Source: Macrostomum lignano
Taxonomy: Eukaryota
Assembly (NCBI GenBank): GCA_002269645.1
Contig: NIVC01000082.1
Coordinates: 434,001 to 498,000 of the forward strand
Reading direction: 5' to 3'
Length of the DNA: 64,000 nucleotides
Below, piece after piece: positions 59,071-64,000 of the stretch. A program made the position numbers and the translations under genes. Positions within the stretch are counted from its first letter, which is position 1; each line of letters begins with the position of its first letter. Under the pieces are notes generated by a model. That model saw only the letters and a program-made list of their open reading frames with translations. It ran no database searches and was not told the DNA's origin.

Positions 59071-60747
59071 TTAAGAAGAGCCTGAATCAAGAGCATCAGA
59101 TAGTCTATTTTCAGGACGCGTCATGACCTTCATTTCCTCAGCTTCATCTTCAGATTCTCCGGCTGCATTTGAGCGTCTTGCTTTGGATTTTCGCTGGAGC
59201 AAGATTAGCGTTAGCACACAGTGATGAAAGATTTCGATCAGCTCGAACAAGGTGAGCACACTGCAGCCAATGTACAGGCCCAGCAGGCCGCCCGTGTCAG
59301 CCAGGAAATTCGACTTGATCGATGCTACGGATATCTTGACATTGAGCGTGGACTCAGCCACGTAGGTGCGAAAGACGCCTTCCAGCAGGTGAGCGGAGTG
59401 ACTGCCGCTATCGACCTGCTTTGCAGTGTCAATCAGCTGGTGAAGCGCAGGCGCCAAGTCCTTGCTAACTTGGGTGAAACCGGTCAAGTATTCGTGATTT
59501 TCGAAATCTGCAAAGAATTTTGCGGTTGAGCTGCCGAGCCCGGGCCACTTGCTGAATAAGAAGCTGGCGCTGTGCTCCGGACCGTAGACCGTACGGTATT
59601 CTCGCAGACCGTAGCTTCCAGTGAGGAACTTTTCATAGCCAGCTTTAGTCATTTCTGAGGCGTTCTCACATCGGGGAGCGTCCCGGTATCGCCATGGCAA
59701 CGGGTGCGGCATATTGGCGTGGCAGCTGCGAGCCTGTCAATCAAAACGCTGTTAATTTGTTCGTAGAGGCAGGCGGCGGTGCTGTAGTTGAATTCTTCTC
59801 GCCTTCGAGTCAGTGGGTTGGCAAAGACCACTGGCGATCGGTCGCTACGGCAGTGCGTGTTGTAAAGGTCTTCACTGCAGGAGTTCTCCAGCATGCTCAG
59901 CTTCACTATATACTCGTTGCCAGGTGCCATGTGGAAATTATTCTCGTATCTTAGCGACGGATAAGCACCTGGAGGGACGATTAGCATGGAGAAGCCGGAA
60001 GCTTTTAACTGGTTAATTATCTTAACTGGGTGCCAGTCCAGGAAGGAATAAGATTTGTTCTGCTCGTCAGAAATCGGCCGCACAGAGTAGCCAGAAAAGT
60101 TAAAATCTGGGAAATACGGGTCCGTCATTAGATGGATCTCAAGTACGTCACTGCAGTTGACCAACATCTGTTTGTGCTCGGCACTCAGAATCGGCTGAAA
60201 GCATATCACGTTCTTGGGGCTGTCGACTGTCTTCATTTCAACGTTTTTACCGCGAGTGCCTTGGCATACTGTGGCTCCCAGAATCGCTTGCTGCTTTTTC
60301 ACCAGAAGATACCTTTCAGCAGGTGATGAGGAAATGCCAACTGCACACCGTATGTCAAGAGAAATGCCCGCACAGGTGCGAATTTGGGTTTTGATTTGTA
60401 GCCAAAAAGCCTATCAACAACATCGATAAGCCGCTGCACTTCAGCATCTAGCAGGTCGGCCTCTGATTTTGTCAGCGTGAACGGGAAGCTGCCAGAGAAG
60501 GGGCTGCTCGGGCAGAAGTACAGGTCCGGAAACACAAACGGTACCTGATCCAAGTGGTACTCTTTCGTCAGCTTGTTCTGTCTGAGTTTGAGCACCAGAA
60601 CTAATGCCGCTGTTGAAAAACATGCCCATGCAGATGACGAACAGCAGAATCCACATCACGCGGACTGTTTTGCAGCGGGTGGCAGCCGCTCGGCTGAATG
60701 CCGTGCGCTGTACTGGAGGTGATGGCCTCCACTAGAACACCCGCCAT
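59071..60747 (-). pseudogene. DEG/ENaC (amiloride-sensitive channel family) gene, intronless CDS broken by about four 1-nt indels (pseudogene or assembly errors)
   Basis: STAHG pre-TM1 motif, TM1 VMWILLFVICMGMFF, FPDLYFCPSSP, a Cys-rich YSTAAC...C region and TM2 FLADTGGLLGLYIGCSVLTLFELIE. Shifts at about 60696, 60603, 60300 and 59730. Confidence 0.85.
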
Positions 60748-60807
60748 TGATAGCCTTTGACTAAGACTACCGCCTGCGTGAGATTGAACATATATTAACT
60801 GATACTA

Positions 60808-61261
<454 letters not shown>

Positions 61262-61587
61262 CAAACTATCTGCAGATAAACTTACTACTTTGCCGCTGAA
61301 GAGAGCTGCTCTTTCTTGCAAACGCTAAAATGACAACTGAATTTCAAACAGAAGCAAGGGTCGAGCTATTATATACGTCTACAGCGGGGCTGTCTCGCGG
61401 GGGTAGGTGCTAGTCTCAACGTTTTTAAAGAGTCGAAGAAGCAGTCAGGCTTATCCTAATTTGTATTGTGCTTTTGTCAAACCAACTATACGACCACGAG
61501 ATAGCTGCCCCAGACATGGAAAGCTACAGATAGCATACGCTCGTACTGGAACCTCTGCATTGCTTTTGTAGTGAGCCGCTAGTTTAA

Positions 61588-62570
61588 TGTTAGGCGTCAC
61601 CATTGTCAGCAGTTTCCCCGCCCGCGCCCTCCCCCTGGGTTGCTGTCTGCCGCTGGTCAGCTTCCCGCCTCCCCTTGTCCGTCTGTTTGCCGCCCTCTCC
61701 CCTTTTGCTGCTCGTTTTCTGTGCTCCGGTTCTCAGCCCTCAGCTTCTCTGCTGTGGGCTGTCCTTGCTTCGCTCCCGTCCCCTTTTCCCTTGTCATGTG
61801 AGCAAGTCACATGACAAGCCTTGTTTTCTTGGAGTCATAAAGTGCGGTAAACATGTTTACTGCACTCACTGGTCCTGTTTACGGGTGAATCACGTGCTCA
61901 GGGGTCTTGCCTTCTCTAAGGTAAAGGGTGACTTATGTTTCTAAAAATAGATACTGAGTCATGAGGCACTTTGCCCGCGGACCCTGCCTTCTGTAAGGCA
62001 GAGGGTGACGTCAGTTCTAAAAATAGATACTGAGTTACAGCCTGGCGCACTCTACCCGGAGACCTCAAGTGACGTCAGTTCTAAAAATAGAACAAGTCAC
62101 GAGGTCTGGTGAGCGCGGCTATAAATAGGACCCCTCTCCCCTTGTTTCCGTCAAGGATCCTTGTCAGAGTGTTTGTTGGCGCTGTTCGCTGTTAACCGTT
62201 TCCGAGTTCTGAGTCTGAGTTTGAACGTCCGTTCTCTGTCTGAATACATTGAGTTCCCTACTGACTGACACTCTACTAAAGCCAACCCCGAGCCTACGAG
62301 AGGCTATCACAGCCCTACCATCCGCCAACCAAGCCCAGCAGGTGCTGCTGACGAGACACCCTGTACGTTGAGCTGCAAATTTGCACGTTGTGCTGAGTTC
62401 GTTGAGTTTGTTATTTCGTTCCGACGGGAAGCTCACCTCATCGAAGCCTGAGACCTGAAGGAACTAGTGGCAGCACTACCTACGCTACTGAGAGTTAAGA
62501 AGGCTTCCGAGTGAGAAGACGGCGAGCCCAAAACACTGTGCTGGACAGCAGGAGAAGCACAGGTATAACA
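61588..62570 (+). mobile_element. 5' LTR (about 983 bp) of an LTR retrotransposon, probably Ty3/Gypsy, extending off the window
   Basis: TGTTA...TAACA termini (5' boundary inferred), TATAAA at 62120-62125, followed immediately by a PBS. Confidence 0.75.
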
Positions 62571-62571
62571 C

Positions 62572-62591
62572 TGGTGGCAGCGGTGGGATTC
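62572..62591 (+). promoter_or_regulatory. Primer-binding site complementary to the 3' end of tRNA-Leu
   Basis: TGGTGGCAGCGGTGGGATTC is the reverse complement of the recalled tRNA-Leu end GAATCCCACCGCTGCCACCA and lies 1 nt after the LTR-terminal CA. Confidence 0.85.
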
Positions 62592-64000
62592 AAAGACCTA
62601 CCAGGTCACCCGAGACAACCCTAAGTACTTCAATTTCTTAAAAGTACTAACGTTCTTGGACAGTAGAACTACCGAGAGGGGAAGCAGGTAGAATTCCCCC
62701 ACCCCTCCGCTTTCCAGTTGTACGGGCAGAAAAATGGCTTGTTATTTTTATTCCTACTGTTAATCAAATTGTTTGGCAGAAGTTTCGGGACAGGTTTGAA
62801 AAAAAACAAAGGAGCCAAGTCTCTGTAGCGATCGGACTTTATTTTTTTGTAGCGCTAATATAGAGTACTGAGGGAATTGCTAATTAAACTGCGCTTGACT
62901 GCTTTGCCACCTCACAGAAGCACGAACGTGCAAAATGGGGTAGTGTAATATATGGTGTACAATTACGTAAATAATTGAGGCGTGAAACGCGGTGGTTCGT
63001 TTGCTTTAATTTTCTTTGATTGTTTTCCGTGTGGAAAAGAATAGAGAGACTTAAGTAACTGCGTGTTAGGGTGCTGTATATTTATATACGTGTTGATAGA
63101 ACATTCCGGAATCCGAAAAGTTCGAGAAGCGGTTTTTAGAAAGGGGTGCGCGGGAGTTCAAAATACCAAAATATAGAAAGTGCGTGTTTACGCGGAAGTT
63201 TCTAGAATATAAGTAATTGTATACTTACTGTACGCCATCTTATACCGTATACGCGCGTTGTTTAGTTGAAGAAGCATGTTATAGAATATTATAGAAAATA
63301 GAAATACGCTACAATACTTATAATATAGTGAATACACTACAATGGTCTAAAACAATAGAGATTGTCTCTTTTTAAATAGAGATTGCGTCTTTTAGATGAG
63401 GACTACACTGTTGTTGTCGAAGGAGAGAAACGTTGTTGTGCTTTGGAATCATGGCCAGTCTCCTAACTCACGAATTCCTGGTGCTTATATTTTTTGGAGT
63501 CAATTCTTTCTTCTCTTTCATATCTAAGTTATATCAATAATTGGATTGCTCGGGAGAATGCAAAAATACGGAACTTTCAAAGTAGCTAGTTCATGTACGA
63601 GCGTACGTCGAAATATTGTAGGACTTTACCCATGCAACATTTCGATGCGCACCACATTTCGGACTGCTGTACAGGATAGGGACACCAAAAATGAACTTAA
63701 ATACCTCAGGGATGCCTTATATTGTTAAGCCATACGACCATTGCTACTTTTAAGTAGGCATGGCAAGATAATTTTGTTGAGTGGACTAGCTTATCACTCA
63801 ATTTTTTGCCAATTGGGTTACTCTAACTCATAGGAAAGCATTTCGTATGTCTGTAACCCGATTTCAAGGACTGCGAAGTAAAATCACTTTAGTGCTTGTA
63901 ATGGCATAGGCTTGAATTCATTAAGAGTGTTTGGTATATCCCTAGAACATTGGGAATATCAACGGAAGTCCGCTGCAGATTTAGGGCCTCTTAACCATAG

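Overview
This is a eukaryotic, repeat-rich window. It is probably from a free-living flatworm such as Macrostomum; that is an inference from minisatellite-filled introns, GC- and Ala-rich exons and a flatworm-type GPCR. Four loci have open frames after manual splicing: a complete 6-exon symplekin (+, 2279-13948, about 1170 aa), a single-exon rhodopsin-type GPCR (-), a 3-exon rolling-stone-like membrane protein (+, 46100-52808) and a MARCH-like RING-CH/2-TM E3 ligase whose His ligand is replaced by Cys (+, 54335-56317, 5' end not located). Two loci have broken frames: a multidomain MACPF pore-forming gene (-, 33960-39212) split by an intact mariner, and a DEG/ENaC channel (-, 59071-60747) with about four single-base indels. 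Mobile DNA includes the intact DD34D mariner, a decayed RTE-type LINE inside the rolling-stone intron, an LTR with a tRNA-Leu PBS and CRE/MEF2 modules plus a related solo LTR, Penelope 3' ends with decayed hammerhead ribozymes, a Tc1 relic and several foldback/MITE elements. About 25 tandem arrays cover roughly 18 kb (about 29%) by my estimate. Many ORFs in the supplied track are artefacts of these arrays.
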